Under the pieces are notes generated by a model, which was not told where the DNA came from, searched no databases, and saw nothing but the letters and a program-made list of their open reading frames with translations. DNA of 50,828 bases, the filler included, from Sphacelaria rigidula (lineage: Eukaryota), in NCBI GenBank assembly GCA_964200075.2. It is 3 parts of 3 records of this genome, joined end to end, with 100 filler letters (N's around TTAATTAATTAA, not from the genome) between each part and the next. Parts side by side here need not be neighbours in the genome. Positions count along the whole stretch, not along the records: positions 16,980 to 33,855 come from CAXNAA020001229.1; positions 33,956 to 50,828 come from CAXNAA020001230.1; 1 more part is not named here. One strand, given 5' to 3'. The translations under genes and the position numbers were made by a program. Every line of letters starts with the position of its first letter. Position 1 is the first letter of the stretch. Of the stretch, positions 25,440-36,771 are shown piece after piece.

Positions 25440-28329
25440 AGCCGCATGATTAAAGTCATACCCCATTCTGCAGAAATTTCCGGTGTCACCCGTGCCCCCG
25501 GCAGCCATTTCGCTCCGTGCAGCAAACGGTTCGCCGGTCAATGTCCTTAGGTTTGTGGCGTTTTCGTTAACCCTTGGTCATGTCACCCGTCGCGTCGAAG
25601 CACTTGTTCCATCATTAGGTCTTGATTCTTTACTCTTTGACAACAACTGCAGCATGTCAAAGTTCGACGCAATACTGAACTGATTAAACCGAACGTTGTC
25701 CTTTTCCACGGGGAATCAAACTATTCCCGCAGTACACCGTAGTCAACAGTCAGTCCCGCCTTCAAGCAGAACACAGTCTACTGTAGCAGCAGTACACGTT
25801 GATGCTCCACAAATATCTGTCACCTTGCTAGAACGCGTTACTGTCGAACCTTTTCACGAGGCACTCCTTTCAGAGTTTACAGATTGTCGCCCGATCCGTG
25901 TCTGTACCGTCGTTGTTGAAACTCGATTGGTCACAGCGGATGAAATGTCAACAGCAGACGGTCCCGTCGTTTTTGTGCCGTTGATAGCCGCACGTACCTT
26001 GTCTCTCTGGTCAGTTCTTGTCCTGTAGTAGTCCAAATTGCATACACATCGTCTGAAGCCGTGTCGTTACCCATAGGCTTAGTTCTTGGTACCCTGTACG
26101 CTGTCACTGTAGTCGGTCCTGCTCAACTGCACGTAAACGCAGTAGCCAAAAGTCCCTGCACTCCTGTCGAGTTGCGTAAGGCTAAGGATGATCTCTGAGA
26201 ACTCCTGTATCGTGTTTCCGTGATACTACCTTCACAGTAGAACAGCAAAACCGTGTTGGTGACTTGTGTGCCGAATTCCGGCTGGGGTTTTCAATGTCTG
26301 TGCACGAGCTTGGTACTTGCACCGTACGCTTTACCCGTCCCCGAAAATACTGTCCCAGTCGACAAACCACCGTACTGTTCCAACCCCCGTACAGCCGAAG
26401 CCATCGAGAAATGCGTCAAGGATATGCCCGAAGCTGATTGAAGTCGACGAAAAGTACCCCGTGAAGTCCCGAAAAGCTGGCAAATACCATGTCGGTCGGT
26501 TACATGCCATTTGGAGTTGATTGCGAAAGTCTTCCGACCCGTGCGACCTGTTCGTTTGTGTCTCCGCTAGATTCGGAATTATGGGGACCAGAAATACTCC
26601 GGGTGTTATGCCTGAAACAATTCCGAAAAAAAAGGGCCGCAAGGGACGGTTGATCTGTTTCTCCGTTCCTGACGCTTGACAATTGATGCTGCAATATCCA
26701 ATTTGAACTTAGAGGGTGACAGCTCGGTACAGCACGAGTACGTTCCCATGGGTAATAATTATTCCGATGTCAGGAGATCATGGATTATCACAACTCGAAA
26801 GGAGAGACGAGAGTGCTCTACGATCAACCGCATGTCCTTGCATTCGAGACCCACGCCATCAACCGCCGACAGCAAGGGTCTTGTGGCTTTCACGCGACGC
26901 TGTCGGCAGTACGCCAGGCAAACCGGATCATAGCTACCTCCCGTCTGCGCAGTGGTGGTTACGCTAACAGACTGCACTGATTTCGCAAGACCTGTGAGCG
27001 CTAGAGAGTTTGGTTTTCATGAGTTGCATGCACAAGATGAAAACAGGCGGAGGAGTATGGTAGCTACCTTGACTAGCATCTTCTCGACCACTCCACGCTG
27101 TGGTGCAGGCTAATGCCCACGCGTAGGTGGCGGTACATCGGGCACACATGGAACAAACTCCCGACAGCGGTCTGGTACGGAAAATGCGCGTGGACAGCGG
27201 CTACCGTAGGGTGAAACGTGGGATATTCATCTCGAGGTACCCGCCTCTCTGGCCACCCGTGTATCGACCACTGTAATCAGGCAAATGCGGATTCATCGAA
27301 CGTGACAAGTCTGGCGACAAAGAAAATATCCTTCCGCTACCCCGTTTCCCCCCGAGACTTCGGACGCCTCCCGCCCAGTACCCGCGCCAGCCTGATAAAG
27401 GCAAGCCTCGAGGCACACGCATCACCGCATGAACAACATGATGCGCCGCTGATGCCCCAGCAAGAAACGAGTCTAGCAACTCACAAGGGCAACCAACACA
27501 GAGGAAGGGGCTTTGACAAATCGACACCTACCCTTCCCCGTCTCAGCCTTCTCGCACAAAGCCGCGTTCCCTTTCTGAAACAACATCACAGACACCACAA
27601 TCACCGAAAAAAGCGTCCCAAGAAAGAGTCTCATCGGCCCGTGAACTCGAAGTATTCCCAGCAAGCTTCTATCCTCGCGACTTCGGCACATTGCACCCGC
27701 GGAAAACACCACACCAAACAACGAAGGCCGATAGCTACTATATACCTCAAGTGTTTGATGCTACTACAAAGACGACACCCGGGGATCCCATCATGTTATA
27801 CTTCAGAGCTCCAGCGGGTGCGCATGGCTCTTAGGGTTTTCTGCGTGTTCATGGATCGTTCACAGAAGCCGCGCTGACAAGCTGGCCGTTAACATATACC
27901 TTACTATACTGATCAGCACGGTGTCCTTATTCATGTGCTACGCGAAGCGGTGCGGTACAACGAGCTGGATACGCACATAGATACTATGTACACCTCAAAA
28001 CAGACCTGTCTGTTTTACCACTGATAGTTGTAGATATGGTACTCCCCCCTCCCCTCGCTCCCCCGCAACTTCTTCACTACAAAGGTGAAAAAAAGAAAAG
28101 ACGCCCAACTCCTACCACATTCAACGCCGCTATACTACTTTGAGACATGAAGCGTCCAAAGAATACCATAATACTCTTATGATACAGCCACGGAAATAAC
28201 AAGGACGTAAACGTTTGGCCGTTGACGAGTCGCACGAATGTTAGTCACCCTCGGGCATTGTACTCGAGTGTTGTACTTTACAAGTGACCCAAATCTCTCG
28301 AAATAAACAGCTCAGCGTAGGATGCACCC

Positions 28330-28417
28330 CCGCCGCCTCTGCCGTCGCCGCCTTTGTTGTTGCTGTTGTTGTTGTTGCTGTTGTTGTTGCTGTTGCTGTT
28401 GCTGCTGCTGCTGCTGC
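28330..28417. repeat. Compound (GCC)/(GTT)/(GCT) microsatellite downstream of the RNF213-like stop
   Basis: Directly visible. Confidence 0.85.
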
Positions 28418-28586
28418 CTCTCCCCCACACAATTCAGACTGTCAGCTTATCCGTTGCCTCCCCTCGAGGAGCTTGAATGCGCTCAGTGCACACCTGAAAC
28501 CACCGTTCCGTACACGACAGGCCAAGTGGCACAGCAGACGCACAGGCGGGAGCCATCAGTTACTGAACGAGTAATGTCCCGGGCGT

Positions 28587-28800
28587 GATGTAATGCGTAG
28601 AAGGACCGGGTGCCTTTAGGACGGCATCGGAATTTGAACACACCAGGATCGACGTGTTTCAAGAGCGCTCGGACCAGCCCCTGCCGGAAACTCGCCCCTG
28701 ACCCTGACCCCAACCCTAATCCTAACCTCAACCCTAACCATAGGTGTGTTTAAATCCGATGCGGTCCAAAAAGCACTCGGTCCTCCTACTGATCACACTG
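28587..28800. mobile_element. MITE with ~55-bp TIRs enclosing telomere-like CCCTAA/CCCTGA repeats
   Basis: 28590-28644 is the reverse complement of 28743-28800; CCCTRA-type hexamers at ~28695-28739. Confidence 0.8.
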
Positions 28801-28871
28801 AGATATATGCGGAGATTCAAGACGTTGTTTGCTGGTTGGCAATCATACATACCGCTCTACTCTATTTTGCT

Positions 28872-31800
28872 CTACAGGGACGAAGCTAATTGTACGTAGG
28901 CATGCCTGCAGTATGTACAACAGTAGTACCAGCCCGACAGAGGCTGAGCATTTGTACAGGCATCTATAGATTACTCCCTAGGTTCCCGTTGGAGCTCCTG
29001 AGATAGGGTTTCAGTAGGACTAAAATACAAGATGAACCCTACCCGCACATTTCCTGGCAATTCAGCTTCGGTGATTTCAAACGGAGAATTACCGTTGTTT
29101 CTCCCAGACCAGGAGCCATCACGCATGTGGGCAACCCATATATTCAAGATTATCCCCGGATCGGTGATGTTGTGCAGCCGTGGAGCTGTTTATCATACGT
29201 GTATTTCAGAAATTGCACGAAGGAGTCAATACAGATTGATCTACTCGCCACAGTAGCATATTTTGTGATATATGGGAGAAGGAGAAACGAGAGAACACGT
29301 TTTGGGTGCGGGAATACATCGTGCACCTCATCTGGATGTCCTTTGGCCAGTGCTTTTTAAACCACTGAATATCGTGGAGGTACTCGTTCCCTGCTTCCAG
29401 CCATCCCAAGAAGTCCTTCAATGGTTCGTCCGCAGCGATCGACTCTTCGACCAGGTACTCACGGACGCAGTTCTGTGTGCAGGAATCATGATATCGGCGG
29501 AAAATGACCGGCCGATAGTAAAGAAAGGGACGAGTTATGTATTGACATGTCCCGTAGAAATATGGACAGCACCATACTCTCTCATTTTTTGGAAAGACAC
29601 GCGTATTCGCGGCGCGGTCATTCAATTGAGTCGAAACGTATGGCAACATTGTACAGAAAATACGTTTGTGCCTGTATTGTAAGTTTTGTCCCTCTCATCA
29701 TTCGAACGTCATCTACTTCACCTCCACGATATATTTCCTCGTCAGGCCGCGCTTGTTTTGAAGGATAAGAAACATCCTCGTCACTACCGTCGACGACGCA
29801 GAATGTTTTGCGAACAAGCAACCAATGACACCAAACCCACGGGTAAACGTCTAGCCGTCCCTCGCAGGAAACGAGGCCTTCCTCTTTCCAACGGCAAAAG
29901 CGTTGAAGACGAAACATGTGCATCACATATTCCTTCACAGGAGAAGGAACGTTTTCGTATACAGTACTCATGTCAATATTTTCGACGTTTTTTCCCCGTG
30001 TAGCACCTTGAATAGCGGTACAAGAACAGCCAGATCCATGCTCTCGGATGCATCCACCAGAACCCGCGCCTGATCCGCGGGCAACTCCTCCCTAAAGCGA
30101 GGGCATACTGCTGATGCCCACTCACGCTCCGTCAGCGCTAGCGCCAGCTCCCACAACTCTACCATATGCTTGAGCCGAACGTGACGCGCCACGGCAGCTG
30201 GCAACACTTCTCGTAGCCCCCCGGTACCCACCTTGGCGTGCGCCTGCTGCGCCGTTTGACGGTGACGATGGGAAAATCAGAGTACAGTACAAACATGCAT
30301 AGCACATGTCGAATGTTGGCGTAGGCGACGTTTTGAGAAACAGCAGAGACCCCTTCAGTTGTTATACTTGTTGAGTGGGTGCACCGAAATATTACAATGA
30401 GGCTCACGCGAGGCGGAGGTATCAACATCAAAGCGTCTATCTAGGATAAAGCATCGTTGTACGCACCATATCGCAACAAGGATCAGCATGGTCAAGCAAT
30501 AATACCAGGGGCGACAGGCTATATCATACCCGGGTGCACAAGAACGACCATCGTGATGCCCATGGATGGGACCGCCCCCCACCCCCTATAATTGACCGAC
30601 TCGCCTGTCCAGTATTGTCATTGAGCTTTCCTGGTCGCCAACTGCCGGTCGTACTGCTATCCATGCGAAGCACGTCGCGAAGGAAGTCGGCGAGGGTCAT
30701 ATTGGCCGTTTCAGCCGGCAGGGCTGCGACAAAGCTACCGCCCACTGAGGCGAGAATACTTATGGCCGGGTCGATCGTGTCCAGAAGCGCTTGCGCGATT
30801 GCCGGCGTGGGAAGATCCCTGTGCAATTTGTTTCATGTAAGGTGCGTGTTTTATCATGCCGACCGGCCTTCGCGGTCGCAACATCGGGTTTTTACCAAGT
30901 GATTTATGATGTTTTTGATGAGATGGTCGCAGCTGGATGATGGCGTACGGGGCGGGCAACGGAGTGGACCTTGGGAGGGAGGCAGGTAGTGATGGTATGT
31001 ACGGGCACTGTGTTACGGGTACAGTACGTCGTCATTTGTTGCCGATGTAGTGCATGACAGGAATCATCAATTGCATTTACGTGGCATAAAACGATCGTCG
31101 TCCCGTGTGCGCTGAGTACTACAGTAGGTGGCGGACAGAGTGGGTGGGGTTCGTGGGCCTCCAGACGCGCAACCAGCGAACGTCAATGTACGCTCCAATC
31201 AGAAACAACTGTCTCGTTGGAGAACACAACCAGAGTAATTCTACCGTAGAGATGCACTTTTTTTCTCGAAATGTTCCCTGAGGCTGCACACCAAGGCTCG
31301 GATGCTTGTCACCGAGAGGCTCCTGAAGTGCAGAGCCTCATAAATATTGTGCACCCCTACCGTAAAACCACTCAATATGTTCAATCTGACGTGAATGTAC
31401 GCACCTTGTGATAGCGTCCTTGTCAGCGCGGGATAAGCGCTGCTGCTTAATCTTGCCCCCCAGTCTGCCAAGAAGCGTGTCTCCGCTGGTGCCTGCCTCC
31501 CTGTATCTGAACGACAGCTCGTCTACGTCGGTACGAATCACGGGGACTCCGACCATCGTCGCCTGCTAATTGGAAGTCAAGTGGGGGCGCACAGCCAACG
31601 GGTGAGCTCTCAGCGCCATTGGCACTCCTTGAGGGAAGCAGCGACGAAAATGATACTACAGGCAGCACTATAAGGTGTTGAGTGCGTGCGCCTACTTACC
31701 CCCAAAAACACCGTCACGGGGTTTTTTGCCACCGCAAGATTCAATTGCTTCTGCCGGGCTTGCCCGTGATTCTTGATGAGGAATGTAGCGTCAACAACTT

Positions 31801-33705
31801 TAGACGTGAGTATATTATGGTGTGTGTTGTTATGTGTTTTCATCTCATCTTTTCTGAACCCTAGTCTACACCTTTCGGTATACGTGGGCGCACCAGCCGG
31901 AGTCGAACAGGAGGAAGGCCAACACAGGAGTTTGTTTTTGTTTCAGTCCTCGACCATCCTTCTGCGGTGCTTGCCGGGTTTTTCTAGCGCGAGAGGGGTT
32001 CAGCAGTCCCTTTCTCTCGTGGACCATTAGGTCGAATTTCGTGTACCCACGACATAGTCGCTCTCCACTGTTGGACAGTGTGTGAGAAAAACTCCCTGAT
32101 CGCTCCGAAATTTAAACCTACGACCCAACCGTCACAGGGTTTCGAGGTTACCACCTGAACCACCGGGGCGACCGGCTTACAGTGCAACAGAAAATGTATT
32201 CCTTCTTTTATACGTACCCATAATCGTGGGATGAAAACGCCATTTTGTGTCTTGAATATGGCCATGTTTTCCAGTGTTCGGCACCTATATCCCCGTCACC
32301 AATGATTTAAACGTAGGTACAACCGCTAAAAGTGCTGCTCCGAGGAGCACACAACTCACCTGATACAGGCTCTCCTCAGCCTTATCGAAGTCGTAGGATC
32401 GCCGTACGCCCAGAGACCCGCAGCACTACACAAGGAAGTATGTGAGGAGAACAAAAAACGCGTTACCATGAGCGGACCAACTGTAAGTAAACGTCCCTCA
32501 CCAGACTATCCCACACTAACTGATGGTAACTCACCATCTGAGGCGCGGTTAGCTTCGGTTTTCTCATGAAAACACTATGGTGATCAACCATCAAACGCTC
32601 GCTCTTACCAAAGCTACACTTCATACCCTATCTACATACAGCTTGACAACGATCTCGACGAGTGTAAGGGGCGTATGTGTAATGCGTGGGAGGACCGCGT
32701 GCTTTTTGGACCTCATCGGAGTCTTAACACCCCCACGGTGAGGGTTAGGGTTAGGATGTCTTAGCGGCTGGCAGCTGCTGGCAGGCGACAGTGGTAGCTC
32801 TAACCAACTCAAAACAACTCTCCGGACGCAAGATTTCTGAATATGCAGAATGCATGAAGATAACGCGACACGGTTGGAGAATGAAAATCCTTCGTGAGCT
32901 CGAGAGGTACAAAACTAATTGTAAACCTTACGGGAAAACCAAGTCCATCTCTTCAAAACTTCACCTGTGACTCCAGCAACATTTCCGACAACCGATCGAT
33001 GTCAAGATCGATGGCGTGGGATCCAACGATATGTGTTGACTGGATCTCATCCGGGGGCACTGCATCACTTCCTTCACCTCGTACACATTTCGCCTGGTTT
33101 TTCGAATGTCGAATACGCAATTCAAACAGAGCGAGTTACGATCCCGAACGTCGAAGGATAGGTAGGAGGCAGCGGGTTGCGGGCGCCGGAAGTTGTTTAC
33201 GATCACAACATCCACTACATCCACTACGCCAACAACGTCCACGGAATTCACAAGCATTCTCACCAGCCCATACCAAAAGCTCTTGTCCCCGTGGGGAAAG
33301 CGGAGGGTAACGTGTGCTCTCCTGATCGAATGCACACGACATCGCTTCAGTTGACCAGTCACCGGCGAACGTTGGGACGAACGCGGTCACTCGGCTGCAC
33401 TCTCGACTCTCGCCGGCGAACCCGTTCAGAAAGTACGAGGCGGGGTCAGGCATTTTTTCATCTACCGCACCGTGATATTGGCATTCTCTCATCTACCGCA
33501 CCGTACATTATTTCGGGAGGAGGGGAGGAAGCGAGCCTGCGTGTTGGTACTGGTTCGCCGACTGACAGTAACTCACATCGTGCGCACTACGAACCAGCTT
33601 ATTGTGCTCTTCAGCAAGATACAGCAGCATCGCCAGGGCGAATATACCCTCATCTTCCCGCGAAGGCAGGAAGAACGATACCGGGGTGTCATGGTCCACG
33701 GCATC
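28872..33705 (-). CDS. RNF213: RNF213/mysterin-like protein, C-terminal ~370 aa (8 exons; upstream part lost at contig end)
   Basis: Exons on minus: 33705-33577, 33093-32965, 32425-32360, 31562-31405, 30818-30605, 30243-30007, 29472-29327, 28905-28872. They splice phase-consistently to 1113 nt ending TAG. Blocks LPSREDEGIFALAMLLYLAEEHN, YDFDKAE, SILASVGG, LADFLRDVLRM, LKHMVELW and WPKDIQM are colinear with my recollection of the human RNF213 C-terminus (LPRRRGLGLCATALVSYLIRLHN, FDLEKIQ, GFLSTAGG, LNVYTQDILQM, LKHTIALW, FPEEILL). The symbol denotes family likeness, not proven orthology. Confidence 0.8.
31233..31373. mobile_element. Shorter diverged copy of the GAG...CTC MITE, in an RNF213-like intron
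   Basis: GAGTAATTCTACCGTAGAGATGCAC ... GTGCACCCCTACCGTAAAACCACTC; TSD not preserved. Confidence 0.6.
31931..32176 (-). mobile_element. tRNA-derived SINE-like element
   Basis: Minus strand starts GCCGGTCGCCCCGGTGTTCAGGTGGTAACCTCG with A-box-like and degenerate B-box (GGTTTAAATTTC) spacing and ends in an A-rich tail; the same head occurs at 34121-34171. Confidence 0.65.
32675..32756. mobile_element. Partial copy of the telomere-repeat MITE
   Basis: TGTAATGCGTGGGAGGACCGCGTGCTTTTTGGACC matches the 28587-28800 TIR and is followed by TGAGGGTTAGGGTTAGG. Confidence 0.7.
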
Positions 33706-33855
33706 CTGGAACAGGAGGTGACGCCCATGGAAGAATGTGAGTTACGGCAGATTGGTACAACCTTGGAGCAATGATGGCCAGACTCTTCACAGACAATTCT
33801 ATATAATGAGGTTCATCAATTAAATGAGGTGCGAGCCCAAAACAGTACTTTCTCC

Positions 33856-33955
33856 NNNNNNNNNNNNNNNNNNNNNNNNNNNNNNNNNNNNNNNNNNNNT
33901 TAATTAATTAANNNNNNNNNNNNNNNNNNNNNNNNNNNNNNNNNNNNNNNNNNNN
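33856..33955. other. Artificial contig linker
   Basis: Same 100-nt N/TTAATTAATTAA/N spacer. Confidence 0.97.
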
Positions 33956-34120
33956 GGTACAAGGGGTATCCGCGCAACTTTTGCGCCATTCCACGTGTCG
34001 GGGCTGCGTGTACCCGGGTTGCAACTCTGAATAGAAGCCGAGGGATTGATTCGTCACGAGCCGACTCGTGATACTGAAACCAAGTAATTTCCAGACGAAT
34101 CATTATTTGTCCGACCCTTG
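33956..34120 (-). mobile_element. Terminus of a dispersed repeat (CAAGGGTCGGACAAATAATG...), probable DNA transposon end
   Basis: Reverse complement of 50763-50828; runs off the contig end. Confidence 0.65.
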
Positions 34121-34171
34121 CAACCGTCAAAAGGTTTTGAGGTTACCAACTGAGCCATCGGGGCGACCGGC
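34121..34171 (-). mobile_element. SINE head (A box TGGCTCAGTTGG) truncated by another element
   Basis: Matches 32124-32176, then switches abruptly at 34120. Confidence 0.6.
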
Positions 34172-35047
34172 AATTTGATGATGGTAATGCAATTAAAATA
34201 TATATTGAGTTGAGATCACGGCCAAGCGCTTTCGTTCGAACCGCTAGTCGACTGGCACGTCAAAGTATTTCCCAGGAACGATACTTATTAAATTGACAAT
34301 GACTTTCGTCTCTTTGGGCCCTCCCTCGGGATCAAATGCTACAGTAGACAAGACAATCTGACGAAAAGGCAACGTGTTGCGAGGGGCCAGCCATTTTTTG
34401 GCAAGGAAACTTGAGGTACGAAAAGTGGTAAATAAGTAAAGTAAGATCCCGGTTTCCTCGCCAGCGGTTGAACATTTGGACTGCAAACCCCCTGCAGATG
34501 GACTGAGATCCAAGTTTCCACATTGAGGTTCAGAACAGCTGTTTTCTGGTTACGCTAGACGCCTTCTTCATGAATATATGGGTGTTGGACATCTAGTATA
34601 CATAATGAAGTCGTGAAATTGTCTCGAGGAATCCCTGACCGGTTTTGACCCTGCAGTCAAGTGCCTACAAAGTCGGTATGCGTGCTCTTTATTTTTAGCT
34701 TGGTATAACGGCAAGAAACAGTCGACACATTTTACGGTAGCCCCCCCTTCCCAAAACCAGCCCGAAGGTGTCACGAAATAAATGGCCATGCAGCACCTGA
34801 TGTTTGGGTTTAGGCTTCATGACGCGCGCGTCATATTGGCGACGTTGGCTAGAACGAACCCACGCTTGGGAATTCCCAGCTGTTCGTTGAGCTCGGCTTT
34901 CCACATTTCGATTTACGTGAAGATTTTGCTTCCTAAAACCATGCACCTTTGGGGGGACGCTATCGTAGAAAGTGTCAGTCAGCGTGCCATCGCTGTCAAC
35001 TAAACACAGCCTGCTGCATGCTCCTGATAACGGCTTAGTGTTTCACA

Positions 35048-35303
35048 GAGCAATGCTAGGGTAGGGGTGCACTTTTTGCGCGAAATTATATCTAGTTCAG
35101 GGGCTCCTAGCGATTTTAGATGCAGAAAATGTGGGTCAGGGCATCCCCGTTTGCAAATTCATTCGGGATATCCCCAGCACATTGGAGTAGTAATCCTGGC
35201 GTACTTTCACATATTTTCATAGGTCGTGTTTTGCGTGAGATAAAGGGCTCCTAACGATTCTAACCTCCGAAAATATTTGTGCACCCCTACCGAAGCATCA
35301 CTC
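35048..35303. mobile_element. MITE with GAG...CTC termini and 4-bp TSD (Sola-like)
   Basis: TIR GAGCAATGCTAGGGTAGGGGTGCAC / GTGCACCCCTACCGAAGCATCACTC; CACA on both flanks. Confidence 0.7.
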
Positions 35304-36054
35304 CACAGTAGACAAAGTGAAGCTACGCTGACGACACTTCAGGGGTCAGGCAGGCGGCAGGACCACGAGGAAAGTATAGAGCACGTTATTGTGTGCCCAT
35401 GTTATCTATGGTTGAAATGTCATGACTAAAATGAGACGTGTGGCTAGCCAGCGAAGTAATGGTCTGTAGGTCATCTGTAGGGGAGCAAGTGACCATTCTG
35501 ACCAATAACAGCCCTCAAAATTGTTACTCTGCTCCTCTCGGGCGTCGATCCTTGCTTAAAATCGTTCGTCGTAGGAGACGTCCAAACACAGCGGTTGACT
35601 TCGTGAGCTTTTTGGTTGTTCTGCGAACATGTCCCCATCACCAAGCCACCACCTGTCGAAAACCACTCCCCCGCGCACTCTGGAAACCCCCGGATGTCCC
35701 TGGACTGTCAGCCGGCGAAACTGTTCCGAGGCGACGCTCGCGGTGTGAGAATAAATCGTTTTATGAGTGATAGAGTTATGGTGAGTATTTCAAGGGCAAA
35801 TCGAGTAGGGCATGCTCAAAATTTTGATACTTTGAAAACTCGTACATCACCTGTCCGAGTCAGTCAAAACGACGTGTATGGGCTTTCGAGAGGATAACAG
35901 CAGCGCAGGCGGGTTGCTGCGCCATGGCCTGGTTCGGATCTCCGCTCTTCACAATATCAAAGTATCGAGTATACTCTACTCGATCTGCCCTTGGAGTATT
36001 TTATTCTCTTTTTGTTGAAAGGGTGGGCTGAGGTATGTTGACGGGTGCAAATGA

Positions 36055-36476
36055 TAGCCGATCATCGAAATTGAGGATGGAGCTTTTCATTGAGGATGAG
36101 AACGCGGAGGATTAAAATCTTTGTATCCACACCAAATCTTCGACATATGATCCATTCCTTCACCTACTGGTAGCTATTGATAACTGCTATCCACCCTACA
36201 AATTTGGATTTCGATAACTGAAATGTCGGGGTCCTAGATGAAACAATTTCGGGGTATTTCGGCGCTCCAAAATACCCCGAAATTGTTTCTTCATCTAGGA
36301 CCCCGACATTCAGTTATCGAAATCCAAATTTGTAGGGTAGATAGCAGTTATCAATAGCTACCAGTAGGTGAAGGAATGGATCATATTTCGAAGATTTGGT
36401 GTGGGTACAAAGATTTCAATCCTCCGCGTTCTCATCCTCAATGAAAAGCTCCATCCTCAATTTCGATGATCGGCTG
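36055..36476. mobile_element. Foldback element/MITE, ~420-bp near-perfect palindrome
   Basis: ~205-bp arms are reverse complements around a short loop at ~36260-36268; the same terminus starts contig 2 (16980-17047). Confidence 0.9.
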
Positions 36477-36510
36477 TTAAATACTGTTTCGACAGCAGTG
36501 TATCAACAAG

Positions 36511-36771
36511 GCATACGTCGGACAGCTCATGAGCTACCTGGAAAAAGTAATCCAAGAGAACCCCCACACTCATTGTACCAAAACACAAAACACATGACAA
36601 CAGTGCCCGAGAAGCCAAAGCGTTACCTTCCCGCTATACACCGCGTGCTCGGCGTTCATCGCTGTCGGGAGCTAATACGGAAATAGTGGTCAAATGGCCT
36701 GGGTCATTATCCGGATCAGCCCTCTAATAAGAAGTAATATGCAAGTAGCTCATGAGCTGTCCGATGTGTGC
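36511..36771. mobile_element. MITE with ~30-bp TIRs
   Basis: GCATACGTCGGACAGCTCATGAGCTACCTG is a near reverse complement of CAAGTAGCTCATGAGCTGTCCGATGTGTGC. Confidence 0.7.

Larger units (their letters stand above)
21301..26441 (+). mobile_element. Older, decayed Ty3/Gypsy pol fragment (protease and RT N-terminus) interrupted by the 21388-25439 element
   Basis: 21301-21387 reads RVRISGSVGPVQVNDITVDTATDCSVCSA (protease active-site-like VDTA). It resumes after 25443 as A*LKSYP..LRAANGSPVNVL..LTLGHV..EALV..LGLDSLL. 26253-26441 reads PVDKPPYCSNPRTAEAIEKCVKDM (Gypsy RT entry motif). Its LTRs were not identified. Confidence 0.8.

Noticed and set aside
27218..27877. 219-aa ORF
   Set aside because: No recognisable domain, splice pattern or ATG start.
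32100..32176. Functional tRNA gene
   Set aside because: Degenerate B box, no cloverleaf, repeated elsewhere and followed by a SINE-like body and tail.
33136..33492. 118-aa ORF as an RNF213-like exon, with a short tandem duplication at ~33450-33503
   Set aside because: The flanking exons join in phase and follow the RNF213 pattern without it; treated as intron.
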